DNA of 64,000 nucleotides from Longimicrobiales bacterium (GTDB taxonomy: Bacteria > Gemmatimonadota > Gemmatimonadetes > Longimicrobiales > Gaopeijiaceae). Positions 1-15,363 of this stretch are shown here, one piece after another. The first letter of the stretch is position 1; each line of letters begins with the position of its first letter. A program made the translations under genes and the position numbers. The stretch spans positions 692,306 through 756,305 of the forward strand of contig OZ242253.1 of NCBI GenBank assembly GCA_965206975.1, written 5' to 3'. Below the pieces are notes generated by a model, which worked only from the letters and a program-made list of their open reading frames with translations, had not been told where the DNA came from and did no database searches.

Positions 1-603
1 GTCGCTGGAGCCGAAGTCGGCGCTCCCGGAGCCCACCATCGAGGCGCCGGCCGTCAGATCCGCAAACAGGCCGTCGTAGATCTCCGGCTGCACATCGTAG
101 ACCGGCGTGGTGTTCTCCTCGCCAATCAGGGCCTCGCCGTAGGGCACGTCGCCCCAGAGGTCCGTCACGACGTGGAAGATCCACGACTTCCAGATCCGTG
201 CGACGCCCTCGATATTCGCGTCGCCGGCCTCGATCCCCTTCTCCATCACCAGTTGGATGTCCTTGAGCCCTCCGGAGTAGTAGCGGGTCCAGTAGGACTC
301 CATACTGGAAGCACGAACCTCTCCCTGCTCCTCGTCCGGATACTGGATTTGGACGAAATGCTGAGGCCAGATGCCCGTGTGCTGCAGCATCTGCCCCGTT
401 CCGAATGCGGCCTGGACCGGGTTCTGGATCGCCTGTGGGAGGAGGAACCGGGCCGGCACGTCGGTCGGCGCGTTCGGGTTCGTGTTGATATCGGTCAGCC
501 CGTCTGTGCACGAAGCGGCGGCCCAAACCAGTCCGACGAAGACCGCCGTTCGGGCGAGTCGCCTTCCAGGGATCGGATTCGCCCTTCTTTCCGGAGCCGT
601 CAT
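1..603 (-). CDS. SusD/RagB-family nutrient-binding outer-membrane lipoprotein (N-terminal part only; gene continues past window start)
   Basis: Manual minus-strand translation from the ATG at 603 gives MTAPERRANPIPGRRLARTAVFVGLVWAAASCTDGLTDINTNPNAPTDVPARFLLPQAIQNPVQAAFG... There is a lipobox (AAASC). An ATGA start/stop overlap links it to the upstream SusC-like gene. It is absent from the ORF track because it runs off the window. Confidence 0.75.
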   Translation of the reverse strand, partial: MTAPERRANPIPGRRLARTAVFVGLVWAAASCTDGLTDINTNPNAPTDVPARFLLPQAIQNPVQAAFGTGQMLQHTGIWPQHFVQIQYPDEEQGEVRASSMESYWTRYYSGGLKDIQLVMEKGIEAGDANIEGVARIWKSWIFHVVTDLWGDVPYGEALIGEENTTPVYDVQPEIYDGLFADLTAGASMVGSGSADFGSSD

Positions 604-3600
604 GTGCCGAGCGAGCGGGAGAACCCGATGCTTCTGGCCGTCGGGAATTGACCGAATTCGATGCCCTGCACGTTGCTCGCGTCGAAAGCCGTCTCCGGAT
701 CGATGTTGTCGATCCTGGACCACAGGAGCAGGTTCCTTCCGATCAGGCTAAGGCTTCCACTCGTGAAGCCGACGGCGTCGAGCCATGCGCTCGGGAGCTC
801 GTAGCCGATGCGAACCTCACGCAGCTTGATGTAGCTGGCGTCGTCGATCGACGCCTCGTGGATACCGAAGTTCCGGTCGAAGTACTCCTGCGGGCAGACG
901 CTGACCTCGTTGGTCCCGTCACCGTTGCGCGAGCCGTCGGGCAGGATCCCCTCCACGACGATTCCCGGATCGCAGAAATCGTTCTCACGGCCGAGAAGCG
1001 TGGACTCGAGCACGCCGGAGAGCTCACCGAACAAGTTCGTGACGGAGAAGACGTCTCCGCCCGACTGGCCGTCGACCAGAACGCTCACGTCCACGGGGCC
1101 CCATCGGAACCGGTTCTGCACACCGGCGATCCAGTCGGGGTTGTAGTTGCCGAGCACCCGGCGCACCGGGTCCTGCCGCGGCATGCCACCGCCGGTCAGG
1201 AGCAGATCGCCGTTCTCGTTCCGGAGGTAACCGTTGCCGAAGAACGCGCCATAGGGCTCACCTAGGCGCGCCTCGATGTTCATGCTCCAATAGTCCCCGA
1301 AGACGAGGGTCTCCAGATCGCCGAACAGCTCCGTGACCTCGGAGTCGTTCCTGCTCCAGTTGACCGTCATGTCCCACGTGAATCCGCTCTCGAGCTCGAC
1401 AGGCGTGGCCCGGAGCAGTAGCTCCCAGCCCTTGTTCTCGACCGTGCCCGCGTTCAGGACCTGCCGCTGGAAACCGCTGGCCCTCGAGACTTCAACCTCC
1501 AGAATCTGGTCCGACGTCTCCCTCTGGTAGTGGGTCAGCACGAAACCCACGCGCTCGTCGAAGAAGCCGAGGTCGGCTCCGACCTCCCAGGCCCGGGTCT
1601 CCTCGGGCTTGAGGGCCGTGTTGGGCAGCTCGTTCGGAACCGCGAACATCGGGATCCCGCTCCAGGGGTCCTGGGCACTGAAAACCGCAGCGAGCTGGTA
1701 AGGGGCTGCGTCGTTTCTGACCCGTGTCCAGCTTCCGCGCACCTTTCCGGAGCTCAGAACGCGGTTCTGCATCCGGAGGGCGTCGGTGAAGACGAGCGCG
1801 GTCGAGACCGAGGGGTAGAAGTACGAGTTGTTGTCGTCCGGAAGCGTCGAAGACCAGTCGTTGCGGCCGGTCCAGTCGATGTTCCAGTATCCGCCGTAGT
1901 TGAGGCTCGCGGACCCGTACACGCTCCGGACTTCCTTCCTGCGGATCAGGTCCCACGGGCTGGGCGTCGAGGCCGCGTTGTCGACGGTGTAGATGCCCGG
2001 AACCGCCAGCTGGTCGACGTCCACACCGTTGGCCTCGAGCTGGTTCGTCCGGTTGTTCGCTCCCGCCGCCACGTCGAGCGTGAAGTCGCCGGCAAGCTCC
2101 CGAGTGGCGCGGAGGAAGAAGTCGACGTTGGTCTCGGACCTGTAGAGCGTCTCCTCACCGAACGAGCCCAGGCCGCTGTCGTCCAAGCTGTGAGGAGCGA
2201 CGACGCGCTTCCGGTGGTCCCGGGCACGCGCGGAGGTGGTCACCCAGTCATTGAGCCGGTAGTCGACGCTCAGGTGGCCCATGAGGCGGTCGCGCTCGTC
2301 GCCATTCGTGTTGACCAACGCCTCCCAGAACGGGTTGTTATGGTAGTTGTAGTTCCAGTTGTACTGGCCGCCCCCCGCGATGCACGGCGTCGGCTCGTGG
2401 CCCCGGCACTCGAAGTTCCGCAGCGCCTCCGTGTCGACCGGCCGGCCGAACCAGATGAAGGACTGCATCGGGTTGTCCTCATCGTACCCCGTGCCGGGCC
2501 GGTTCTCCGTGTTCTGATCGATGTAGTTCAGAGACGCCTCGGCGGAGAGACGATCGGTGAGAGTGGCTCCGCCCTTCAGCGCCACACCGATCCGCTGCTG
2601 GTCGTTGCCCGGCGACATCCCGCTCAGCTCCATGTCCGTGATCGACAAGCGCACGTTGGAGCGCTCGCCAACGCGGGAGATCGCCACGTTGGTGTTGAAC
2701 GTGGTGCCCGTCCGGAAGAAGCTCCGCACGTTGTCCGGATGCGCGACCCAGGGTTGCTGGGGACCGGTGAACTGGTCGATGAGACGGCCGTCGAGCCTCG
2801 GTCCCCAACTCTCGTCCACGAAGTCCCAGAGCCCGGCACCGGCGCCGGCGACGAACTGGAACTCGCCGAAAAGGCCCTGACCGTACTCGTTCTGGTAGTG
2901 CGGGAGCCGGAGAGGCTCTTCCGCGGTGAGGCTCATGGACCCTGTGACGCCCAGGCCGCCGCCCGGAGTGCCCGTACCGGATTTAGTGGTGATGACCACC
3001 GCGCCTGCCGCCGCGCGCGAGCCGTAGAGGGCCGCCGCGTTCGGGCCCTTCAGGAGGCTGATCGTCTCGATGTTCGCGGGATCGATGTCAGCGGCGGCGT
3101 TCCCGTAGTCGATGCCTCCGTCCCCGAAGTTCCTCACGGAGCTGTTGTCGATCGGTACGCCGTCGACCACGAAGAGGGGCTGGTTGTTGCCCGAGAGCGA
3201 GCTCGCGCCGCGGATCACGATCCGTGCCGATCCTCCGGTCGGGCCCGCGTCCGTGATCTGGACACCCGCCACGTTCCCTTTGAGGGAGTTCACGATGTTG
3301 ACCTCGGGCACTTCGGAGATCTCGGCGCCCGTGACGTCCTGCACGGAGTAGCCGAGCGACCGCCTCTCGCGTCTCGCCCCGAGAGCGGTGACCGTGTGAG
3401 GCCTTCGATCCCGATGGCCTCCTGGAACATCTCGACGTCGATCCGCACTGCGACGGGCATCTCCTGGGTGCGGTATCCGAGGTGGCTGAAGACCAGCATC
3501 TCGGCGCCGGCCGGCACACGCAGCGTGTAGAAGCCCTGTGCGTCCGTGAGCGCCACGATCATGGTGCCCCTGACGGCCACTGCGACGCCGGGGAATGGTT

Positions 3601-3715
3601 GGCGGGTCTCCTGCTGGATGACGGTCCCAGTTACTGCGCGCTCCTGAGCGCCGAGTGCCGGGGGGGCCAGGAGGAAAACCAGGACGATGGGTCTTGTAAT
3701 TCCAAGACGCCGCAT
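600..3715 (-). pseudogene. SusC/RagA-like TonB-dependent outer-membrane receptor with the reading frame broken near 3392-3402
   Basis: ORF 600..3344 carries the plug and barrel (…DVTGAEISEVPEVNIVNSLKGNVAGVQIT…IVIRGASSLSGNNQPLFVVDGVPI…). The signal peptide and CarboxypepD_reg-like domain (MRRLGITRPIVLVFLLAPPALGAQERAVTGTVIQQETRQPFPGVAVAVRGT…) start at the ATG at 3715 in a different frame. The expected linker TVTALGARRERRSLGYSVQDV is readable only after a frame change. Confidence 0.85.
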
Positions 3716-3923
3716 GAGTCGAGCCGATCCGTGTAGGAGACGTGGGAATTGCTGCCCCTCGCTCACTCCGCTTCCCTCCCTATCTACTCGCCCCGCCACA
3801 CGGAGCACAATGCCCGCATCGAAATGGCAAGAGCAGAGGTCCGGAACACCCGCATCGCATTCGCAGCCTCTCCGTTCCGCGCACCCCGTGTCAGCCGATC
3901 TGGACACCGTGTGGGAGTTGCAC

Positions 3924-3959
3924 GCTTCGGCGGGAATATGGGCTTCGGCGGGAATATGG
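3924..3959. repeat. Perfect 18-bp tandem direct repeat GCTTCGGCGGGAATATGG x2, followed by a partial AATGG, about 210-245 nt upstream of the SusC-like start
   Basis: Read directly: unit 1 at 3924-3941, unit 2 at 3942-3959. Confidence 0.9.
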
Positions 3960-4109
3960 AATGGACCGGAGGGCGGCATCCGCCTCACGCCGCTTCTCCC
4001 CCATCACTCCCTCCTTGCCTGCTACGATGGCACGGAAGCACTCACGAGGAAGACCGGCTCATCCCCGCCGCGCCTTGAGCAAAGCCGCGACGACACTGCC
4101 GGCGAATAA

Positions 4110-4554
4110 CCCGAGTACGGCCGCGCCAGTCTGGACGCCGGGGCGACGTTCACATCGATGCGCGCCGAGGCAATCAGGAGTATCGTGGAACGCACGAACT
4201 GGACCCGGCGGTGGCGGGGTCTCGATGCCGGGCAGGGACTCTTTCACTACGATCATACGGGCGGGAACGAGAACTTCGGGCAACTCGGCGCGGCGATCGT
4301 CGCCCACGAGCAGGGCCGCGTCCGCATGCTGAGCGACCAGCTCGTGGGGACGACCCCCCAAGCCAGCCGCCAGTCCCGAGGCGCTCCCGGAGATCACCTT
4401 CGACCAGTCGGTCCACTTCCACTTCAACGGGCAGACGATCGACGTCTTCCACCTCGGGCGGGCTCACACGGACGGGGACGTGATGGTCTACTTCCGGGAG
4501 GCGAACGTGATCCACGCCGGGGCCGACAGCAGCAGCGCCGTTCGGCGCTTATAA
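4110..4554 (+). pseudogene. Remnant of an MBL-fold metallo-hydrolase gene (frameshifted, truncated, degenerate metal motif)
   Basis: One frame reads …GLFHYDHTGGNENFGQLGAAIVAHEQGRVRM…. The next frame, from about 4384, reads LPEITFDQSVHFHFNGQTIDVFHLGRAHTDGDVMVYFREANVIHAG, then a few residues and TAA at 4552-4554. The C-terminal third of the fold is missing. Confidence 0.5.
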
Positions 4555-4589
4555 ATCAGGGGAGCCGAGAAGGCAGAAGGGCAGGACAC

Positions 4590-4647
4590 GCCCGGTTCGG
4601 AGTCGTCGCCACTTCCACTGTGAAGTGTATGCCACCCCGAACCGGGC
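4590..4647 (-). terminator. Long hairpin downstream of the TorF-like porin gene (11-bp outer stem GCCCGGTTCGG/CCGAACCGGGC with a nested CACTTC/GAAGTG stem); no clear U-tract
   Basis: Stems read directly from the sequence. It lies 18-75 nt past the stop at 4665. Confidence 0.3.
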
Positions 4648-4664
4648 ACAACCGCGTGCGTTGG

Positions 4665-5306
4665 CTACTGGATCTCGAAGGCCTTGCCTACGCCAAAGAC
4701 GAGGGTCAACTCCGCGTCCCCGTCCTCGTCGCCCGAAAGGTCCTTGTCGCTCAGGATTCCCGATATCGTAAAGTCGAGATCGGCGGCCGAGAACCCGTAG
4801 CCGGCTTCCCCGTAGCTCCCCGAAAAGTCGGATCCGAAGGTGCCGAAGGTCCCGTAGAAACCGGCCTGCTCCGCCGTGATTCCTAGGAACCAGTAGTCCT
4901 CCTCCTCGCCATCGAAATTAGCGTACTGCCCGATGGAGAATTCGGCACTCAGCGGGCCGACACCCGCCCCGAAGTTGGCTTCGAGGTACGTGTCGTCGAA
5001 GTCTCCAGTGTAGAAATAGCCTGTCCCGCCCGCGCTCAGACTCATCGCCCCGACGTCGATCCCAAGGCCACCGTACAGGTCGATCTCGGCCCCGTCGCCT
5101 ACGTCTGCGGACCATGTCCCGAGAGACAACGGACCGACTGCCAGATCGAGTCCGGCGCTCGCCGAAGAATTCTTCTGGAGGAGCCCGCGGTAGTAGTACT
5201 GACTCACCCAACCCGCGTTCGCGGAGAGCTCGGCCTCCTGGGCCTCCGCCCCGAGGGGGGCAAGGAGAGCAAGCATGATCGTGGCCAACCCGATGGTCTT
5301 CTGCAT
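4665..5306 (-). CDS. TorF-family (Gcw_chp) putative outer-membrane porin
   Basis: Taken from ATG 5306: MQKTIGLATIMLALLAPLGAEAQEAELSANAGWVSQYYYRGLLQ…AEIDLYGGLG…. It has a signal peptide and an alternating beta-strand pattern typical of the Gcw_chp family. The longer ORF-track N-terminus was rejected. Confidence 0.65.
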   Translation of the reverse strand: MQKTIGLATIMLALLAPLGAEAQEAELSANAGWVSQYYYRGLLQKNSSASAGLDLAVGPLSLGTWSADVGDGAEIDLYGGLGIDVGAMSLSAGGTGYFYTGDFDDTYLEANFGAGVGPLSAEFSIGQYANFDGEEEDYWFLGITAEQAGFYGTFGTFGSDFSGSYGEAGYGFSAADLDFTISGILSDKDLSGDEDGDAELTLVFGVGKAFEIQ

Positions 5307-5551
5307 TTCCTTCGTTCTCCTGGCGGTAGTGATGGAGTCGCCCGCGGGGCGGGCCTCCGGTCCTTGAACCACGCTGTTACTCCTTGCCAGTCCCGTGCCA
5401 CTACACGGCCACGGGGCGAGAACAACCCTATTCCATTGCGGATAGGCCACTTGCACCGCAACTGGCTCGGGCCCGGGCAAACGGGCCGTGCTACATCAAG
5501 GTTGGCCGCGGCAGAATCCCTACGAGAATGTAGGAACGCGACGGGAGCGAA

Positions 5552-5588
5552 AGAGCCGGGGCGCGCGGGAACGCGTCGCCCCGGCTCT
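5552..5588 (-). terminator. Putative intrinsic terminator after rpoC
   Basis: 12-bp GC stem (AGAGCCGGGGCG … CGCCCCGGCTCT), followed on the minus strand by TTCGCT. It lies about 55 nt past the rpoC stop. The U-tract is weak. Confidence 0.45.
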
Positions 5589-5642
5589 TCGATGCGTGCA
5601 GCCGGACGTGCCCGAGCACCTCCGCACTCGGGCGGGCGGAAG

Positions 5643-9959
<4,317 letters not shown>

Positions 9960-10024
9960 GCGTTAGACACCCTGAATGGGAGTAGAATATTGATGTTCGG
10001 GCCGGCCGCCTCTGCCGCTCGGCG

Positions 10025-13000
10025 CTATTTCTCGCGGCCCAGCGTGACGGAGAGGCCGAGCGCCTGCAGCTCCTTCACGAGGACGTTGAAAGACTCAGGG
10101 ATCCCGGGATCGGGGAGGTTCTCCCCCTTCACGATCGCCTCGTACACCTTGGAGCGTCCCGTCACGTCGTCCGACTTGACGGTGAGGATCTCCTGAAGGG
10201 TGTGCCCCGCCCCGTACGCCTCGAGCGCCCACACCTCCATCTCCCCGAAGCGCTGGCCCCCGAACTGCGCCTTCCCGGCGAGCGGCTGCTGTGTCACGAG
10301 GGAGTACGGCCCGATGCTTCGGGCGTGGATCTTGTCGTCGACGAGGTGTGCAAGCTTCAGCATGTAGATCGAGCCCACCGTCACGGGATAATCGAAGCGC
10401 CGACCGCTCCGCCCGTCCCGAAGCCAGATCTTCCCGTCCGGTCGGATCCCCGCTCGGAGCATGAACTCGACGATCGCGGCGTCGAGCCCGGCGGTGAGCT
10501 TTCGCTTCCTCGCGAGCGCCGCTACCGCCGGGAAGGCCTCGGTGAACTTCTCACCGAGCCGCCCGGCCCACTCCTTCGACGCATCGACGACGAACGCTGC
10601 GAGCGCTTCGAACTGCGCCCGGACCTCCTCCGGGAGATCGAGCACCAGGTAGTCGTCCACGCTTCGGCCGAGGCCGCGGACCCCCGCGTCGGGGCCGGCG
10701 CCGTTTCCCCCGGTGCCGCTCGCCGCCCTCCGCCGGGCCGGGGGGCCCGAATGGGGAACGGCGGGGGCTCGCATGAGCGTCGGGATATCGCCGGGATCCT
10801 CGAGGGGAAACCCGGTCGCGAGGCCGTGTGATTCCTTCGCCCAGCGAAGACCGGCCAACTTGATGAGGAACCCCACCTCGTCCTCCGACGCACCCTGGAA
10901 GACGGGCGTCTTCGCCCCAAAACCGAGGATCCGGGAAGCCCACCCAAGATGCGTCTCAAGGATCTGCCCCACATTCATCCGGGAGGGGACGCCGAGGGGG
11001 TTCAAGACGATGTCCACGGGAGAGCCGTCCGGGAGGAAGGGCATATCCTCCTCCGGAGCGATCCGTGCGATGATCCCCTTGTTCCCGTGCCGACCCGCCA
11101 TCTTGTCGCCAACGGCGATCTTCCGCTTCTCCGCCATGTAGACTTTCACGAGCTGCACGACGCCCGGGGGGAGATCGTCCGGCTGGAAGACCTTGTCGAT
11201 CTGATCCTCCGTCCGGAACTTGACGGCGTCGATCCGGCTCTGCGCCTCGTCGACGAGCCGCCGGATCCGCTCGGAGACCCCCCTGTTCTCGACCTTGAGC
11301 GTCTGCAGGTCGATGCTCCTGAGCTCGAGCGCACCCAGGACGCGCTTCGTGAGCTTCGTGCCCGGAGACACGAGCGGCTCGACCGTCCCCTTCCTCAAGA
11401 TCAGCGCTGCGGTCTGCAGGTGGAGGAGCTCGAGGAGCTCCAGGTCCCTCGCCTCGGCGGTCCGCTGCGCCTCGTCGCGCTCCCACTGCCTGAGCTCCCC
11501 GATCCGGGCCCCGTGCTCCCTCTCGAGGAGCGGATCGTCGATCCGCCGGGAGAAGACCTTCACGTCGATCACGTCGCCGGCCATCCCCGGTGGAACCCGG
11601 AGGGAGGAGTCCTTCACGTCCTTCGCCTTCTCGCCGAAGATCGCCGTGAGGAGCTTCTCCTCGGGGGAGAGTTCCGTCTCCCCCTTCGGGGTGATCTTCC
11701 CGCAGAGGATATCGCCCGCCCGCACTCGCGCGCCGATCCGAACGATCCCGCGCTCGTCGAGATCGACGAGCGCCTCGTCGGCCACGTTCGGTATCTCGCG
11801 CGTGATCTCCTCCATCCCGCGCTTCGTATCCCGGACGTGAAGCTCGAGCTCCTGGATGTGGATCGAAGTCAGCGCGTCACCCTTGACGAGCCGCTCGGAA
11901 AGGATGATCGCGTCCTCGAAGTTGTAGCCGAACCACGGCATGAAGGCGACCGTCAGGTTCTGGCCAAGCGCGAGTTCCCCATGGTCCGTCGAGGGACCAT
12001 CGGCGATGATCTGCCCCGGCCCGACCGAGTCGCCGGCGCGAACCAGAGGGCGTTGGTTGATCGCGGTGTCCTGGTTCGTGCGCCAGAACTTCTTCAGCCG
12101 GTAGCGGTCGAACTGCGCGAGTCGGGCAAGCGGCTCGTCCGTCCTCTTCGCCGCGACGGCTCCCGTATCGATCACGATCTCGTCGGCCGTGACCTGGGCC
12201 ACCTCGCCGCCCCGCTTCGCGGCAATGACGGCACCCGAGTCCGTGGCAACCTTCGCCTCGAGACCCGTACCAACGAGCGGGGCATCCGTAAAGAGGAGGG
12301 GAACGGCCTGACGCTGCATGTTCGAGCCCATGAGCGCGCGATTCGCGTCGTCGTGCTCGAGGAAGGGGATGAGCGCCGCAGCGACGGATACGAGCTGGTC
12401 CGTACCAACGTCCATGTAGTCGATAACTGCCGGGCGAAGGAGGGGGAAGTCGCCCCGCTCCCGGCAGAGGACCGCGTCGTTCACGAAGTTACCGTCCGCA
12501 TCGAGCGGGGCGTTCGCCTGGGCGATCCGGGCCTCCTCCTCCTCGTTCGCCGAGAGCCACTCGATCTCGTCGGTTACCCTCCCGTCGATGACCCTTCGGT
12601 ACGGGGTCTCGATGAAGCCGAGTTCGTTGACCCTCGCATTCGTCGTGAGAGACGAGATGAGGCCGATGTTCGGGCCCTCCGGCGTCTCAACGGGGCAGAG
12701 CCGTCCGTAGTGCGAGTAGTGGACGTCGCGCACCTCGAAGCCGGCCCGCTCCCGGGAGAGCCCACCCGGACCGAGCGCCGAAACCCTCCGCTTGTGCGTC
12801 ATCTCGCCGAGGGGGTTCGTCTGGTCCATGAACTGGGAGAGCTGCGACGAACCGAAGAAGGCCTGGATCACCGCCGAGACTGTGCGCGCGTTCACGAGGT
12901 CGTCGATCGAGATCTTCTCCGGATCGGTGTTGATCGACATCCGCTCGCGGACGAGCCGGGCCATACGGGAGAGGCCGACGGAGAGCTGGTTGGCGATGAG

Positions 13001-14239
13001 CTCCCCTACGGTTCGGACCCTCCGGTTACCGAGATGATCGATATCGTCGGTAAACCCCCGGCCCTCGTTCAGGTCGAGGAGGTAGGCGAAGATGGCGACG
13101 AAGTCCTCCCGGGTGAGGACGGTCGTGCTCGCGGGGGTGTCGAGGCCGAGGCGCTGGTTGATCTTGTAGCGCCCGACACGGCCGAGGTCGTAACGCTTCG
13201 GGCTGAAGAAGACGCGCTCGAGCGCATCCCGGGCTGTCTCCACGTTCGGTGCCTCCCCGGGCCGCAGGAGGGAGTAGATCGCGTAGAGCGCGTCGTCCTC
13301 CGAATCCGTCGGATCCTTCTGGATCGTACGCTGGACGACCTGGCTCTGGCCCCGCTCCGTCTTCGCCTCGGAGACGTAGAACTTGATGCGCTTTCGACGG
13401 AGGCGCTGAAGCTGCATGAGTCCGTCCTCGTCGAGCCCGCTCCCGAGTTCGAGGAGGACCTCACCCGTCTCCCGGTCGACAACATCCTCGGCGAGGATCG
13501 CGCCCAGGAACTCCGAGTTCGGCCCGAAGTGGTCCTTCTTCAGGCTCGTCGCCACCGCCTTGTAGAAGAGGCCGAAGATCTCCTCATTCTCTCCGTACCC
13601 GAAGGCGCGAAGGAGGGCGGTCGCAGGGAACTTCTTTTTCTTGTCGATGTGCACATAGCAGACATCGTTGATGTCAATCGTGAACTCGACCCAGGAGCCG
13701 CGGAAGGGGATGATCCGCGCGCTGTGGAGGCGGGAGCCATTCGGGTGCACGCTCTCCTCGAACACGACCCCGGGGGACCGGTGCATCTGGCTCACCACGA
13801 CCCGCTCCGCCCCGTTGATGATGAAGGTCCCGAGCTCGGTCAGGAGGGGGAGATCGCCGAGATAGACCTCCTTCTCGATGATGTCCTTCGGCCGGCGCTC
13901 CCCGTCGTCGACGTCTTCCCAGACGATTAGGCGGAGTACGGCCTTCAGCGGGGACGCGTACGTCATGTCCCGCTCGATGCACTCCTCGACGGCGTATTTC
14001 GGCTCGCCGAGGTCGGCGGAGACGTACTCGAGCGTGAACCTCTCGTTCACGTCGGTGATCGGGAAGATCTCCCCGAACACCCGGTCGAGGCTGAAGTCCC
14101 ACTGGTGCTCGATCTCCGCTCCCCGTTCGATCAGGTTCTCGAAGGAGCGGAGCTGAACGTCCAAGAGGTTCGGCATCGGCATGACCGGCGCCAGTTTGGA
14201 GAAACTTACCACGGGCCGGGAAGCGTTCGCGGTCTGCAA
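10025..14239 (-). CDS. rpoB: DNA-directed RNA polymerase subunit beta (carries a lineage-specific insertion of about 136 aa)
   Basis: 1404-aa ORF with the conserved C-terminal region …[52 protein letters not shown]…. Confidence 0.98.
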   Translation of the reverse strand: MQTANASRPVVSFSKLAPVMPMPNLLDVQLRSFENLIERGAEIEHQWDFSLDRVFGEIFPITDVNERFTLEYVSADLGEPKYAVEECIERDMTYASPLKAVLRLIVWEDVDDGERRPKDIIEKEVYLGDLPLLTELGTFIINGAERVVVSQMHRSPGVVFEESVHPNGSRLHSARIIPFRGSWVEFTIDINDVCYVHIDKKKKFPATALLRAFGYGENEEIFGLFYKAVATSLKKDHFGPNSEFLGAILAEDVVDRETGEVLLELGSGLDEDGLMQLQRLRRKRIKFYVSEAKTERGQSQVVQRTIQKDPTDSEDDALYAIYSLLRPGEAPNVETARDALERVFFSPKRYDLGRVGRYKINQRLGLDTPASTTVLTREDFVAIFAYLLDLNEGRGFTDDIDHLGNRRVRTVGELIANQLSVGLSRMARLVRERMSINTDPEKISIDDLVNARTVSAVIQAFFGSSQLSQFMDQTNPLGEMTHKRRVSALGPGGLSRERAGFEVRDVHYSHYGRLCPVETPEGPNIGLISSLTTNARVNELGFIETPYRRVIDGRVTDEIEWLSANEEEEARIAQANAPLDADGNFVNDAVLCRERGDFPLLRPAVIDYMDVGTDQLVSVAAALIPFLEHDDANRALMGSNMQRQAVPLLFTDAPLVGTGLEAKVATDSGAVIAAKRGGEVAQVTADEIVIDTGAVAAKRTDEPLARLAQFDRYRLKKFWRTNQDTAINQRPLVRAGDSVGPGQIIADGPSTDHGELALGQNLTVAFMPWFGYNFEDAIILSERLVKGDALTSIHIQELELHVRDTKRGMEEITREIPNVADEALVDLDERGIVRIGARVRAGDILCGKITPKGETELSPEEKLLTAIFGEKAKDVKDSSLRVPPGMAGDVIDVKVFSRRIDDPLLEREHGARIGELRQWERDEAQRTAEARDLELLELLHLQTAALILRKGTVEPLVSPGTKLTKRVLGALELRSIDLQTLKVENRGVSERIRRLVDEAQSRIDAVKFRTEDQIDKVFQPDDLPPGVVQLVKVYMAEKRKIAVGDKMAGRHGNKGIIARIAPEEDMPFLPDGSPVDIVLNPLGVPSRMNVGQILETHLGWASRILGFGAKTPVFQGASEDEVGFLIKLAGLRWAKESHGLATGFPLEDPGDIPTLMRAPAVPHSGPPARRRAASGTGGNGAGPDAGVRGLGRSVDDYLVLDLPEEVRAQFEALAAFVVDASKEWAGRLGEKFTEAFPAVAALARKRKLTAGLDAAIVEFMLRAGIRPDGKIWLRDGRSGRRFDYPVTVGSIYMLKLAHLVDDKIHARSIGPYSLVTQQPLAGKAQFGGQRFGEMEVWALEAYGAGHTLQEILTVKSDDVTGRSKVYEAIVKGENLPDPGIPESFNVLVKELQALGLSVTLGREK

Positions 14240-14366
14240 GTGGATTACCCCCTTGATCGGACGCGGCCCTCGGGCCGGCTCCGGTGGGATGAAGTACGGG
14301 TTCGCTCGAGCCGGGGCGGACGGTGCATGCGCTCCGGCCCCATCGATCAGGCGGACTCGCTCGCCT

Positions 14367-14744
14367 CTACTTGAGCTCGACCGTCGCCCCCTGCTGCTCG
14401 AGCTTCGCCATCACCTGCTCCGCCTCTTCCTTCGTGACGCCCTCGCGGACGGCCACCGGCGCGCTCTCGACTAGCTCCTTCGCCTCCCTGAGCCCGAGGG
14501 TCGTGAACTCGCGCACGGCTTTGATGACCTGGATCTTCTTTCCTCCGACCGCGACGAGGATGGCGTCGAACTCGTCCTTCTCCTCCTCCTGGGCGACGCC
14601 GTCCGCCGGAGCACCCGCCGGGGCCGCGGCCACCGCCGCCGTCACGTTGAACTTGTCCTTGAAGGCCTCGACAAAGTCGGCGAGCTCTAGGACGGTCATC
14701 TTTCCGATCTGATCGAGCAGTTCTTCCTGGTTCATAGCAGCCAT
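14367..14744 (-). CDS. rplL: 50S ribosomal protein L7/L12
   Basis: From ATG 14744: [34 protein letters not shown]…[23 protein letters not shown]…. Confidence 0.95.
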   Translation of the reverse strand: MAAMNQEELLDQIGKMTVLELADFVEAFKDKFNVTAAVAAAPAGAPADGVAQEEEKDEFDAILVAVGGKKIQVIKAVREFTTLGLREAKELVESAPVAVREGVTKEEAEQVMAKLEQQGATVELK

Positions 14745-14802
14745 CGTCGTGGTTTCTCCTTGCGATTTCCCGGTCTCGCTCCCGTGGGGTCGGGCCGCAC
14801 GG

Positions 14803-15363
14803 CTACCCGTCCCCGTCTCCGGACTCCTCCCCTTCCAGGTCTCCACCCGCCGGCCCACCGTCGCCGCCCCCGGACTCCCGCTCCTCGCGAAGCGCATCGA
14901 CAAGCGCCGCGAACTCCTGCAGCTTGCCCTCCATCGCTCCGGCGAGCATCGCGAGGAGCTGCTCCATCGGCGGGAGCTTCGCCAGCCGCTCGTAGTGGGC
15001 GGCATCGACGAGCGCCCCGTCCACGATCCCGACCTTGAAGGCAGGGCGGGAGCCGTTCTCCTTCGCGAAGTCGCGCAGCGCCTTCGCGGCCTCGACGGGC
15101 CCGCCCGTCCCGAAAACGATTCCCGTCGGGCCGGTCAGGTGTTCGCTGAGCTCCGGAAGTTCCTCGCCCAGCTCCCGGAGCGCCCGCCGGGCTAGCCGGT
15201 TCTTGACCACCAGGAACTCGGCGCCGGATTCCTTGAGGCGCCGCCTCAGCCCCGTCATCGACGGCACGTCGAGCCCCGTAAAGTCCGTCAGGTAGAAGAC
15301 GGGCGTAGCCCGGAGCCGCGCCTGGAAATCCTCGACGAAGGCTACCTTCTCCGATCTCTTCAC
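14803..15363 (-). CDS. rplJ: 50S ribosomal protein L10
   Basis: GTG at 15363, preceded by GGAGAGGA: (M)[61 protein letters not shown]… The start overlaps the rplA stop by 1 nt. Confidence 0.88.
   Translation of the reverse strand: MKRSEKVAFVEDFQARLRATPVFYLTDFTGLDVPSMTGLRRRLKESGAEFLVVKNRLARRALRELGEELPELSEHLTGPTGIVFGTGGPVEAAKALRDFAKENGSRPAFKVGIVDGALVDAAHYERLAKLPPMEQLLAMLAGAMEGKLQEFAALVDALREERESGGGDGGPAGGDLEGEESGDGDG

Noticed and set aside
4158-4886. 242-aa plus-strand ORF as an intact gene
   Set aside because: Only its first 75 or so codons resemble an MBL-fold protein. The remainder is Arg-rich nonsense and runs antisense into the TorF-like porin gene. It was reinterpreted as part of a pseudogene.
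14240-14366. Attenuator or terminator hairpin between rplL and rpoB
   Set aside because: Only imperfect GC-rich pairings could be drawn (for example GGGGCCGGAGCG…CGTCCGCCCC with several mismatches), and there is no U-tract. The evidence is insufficient.
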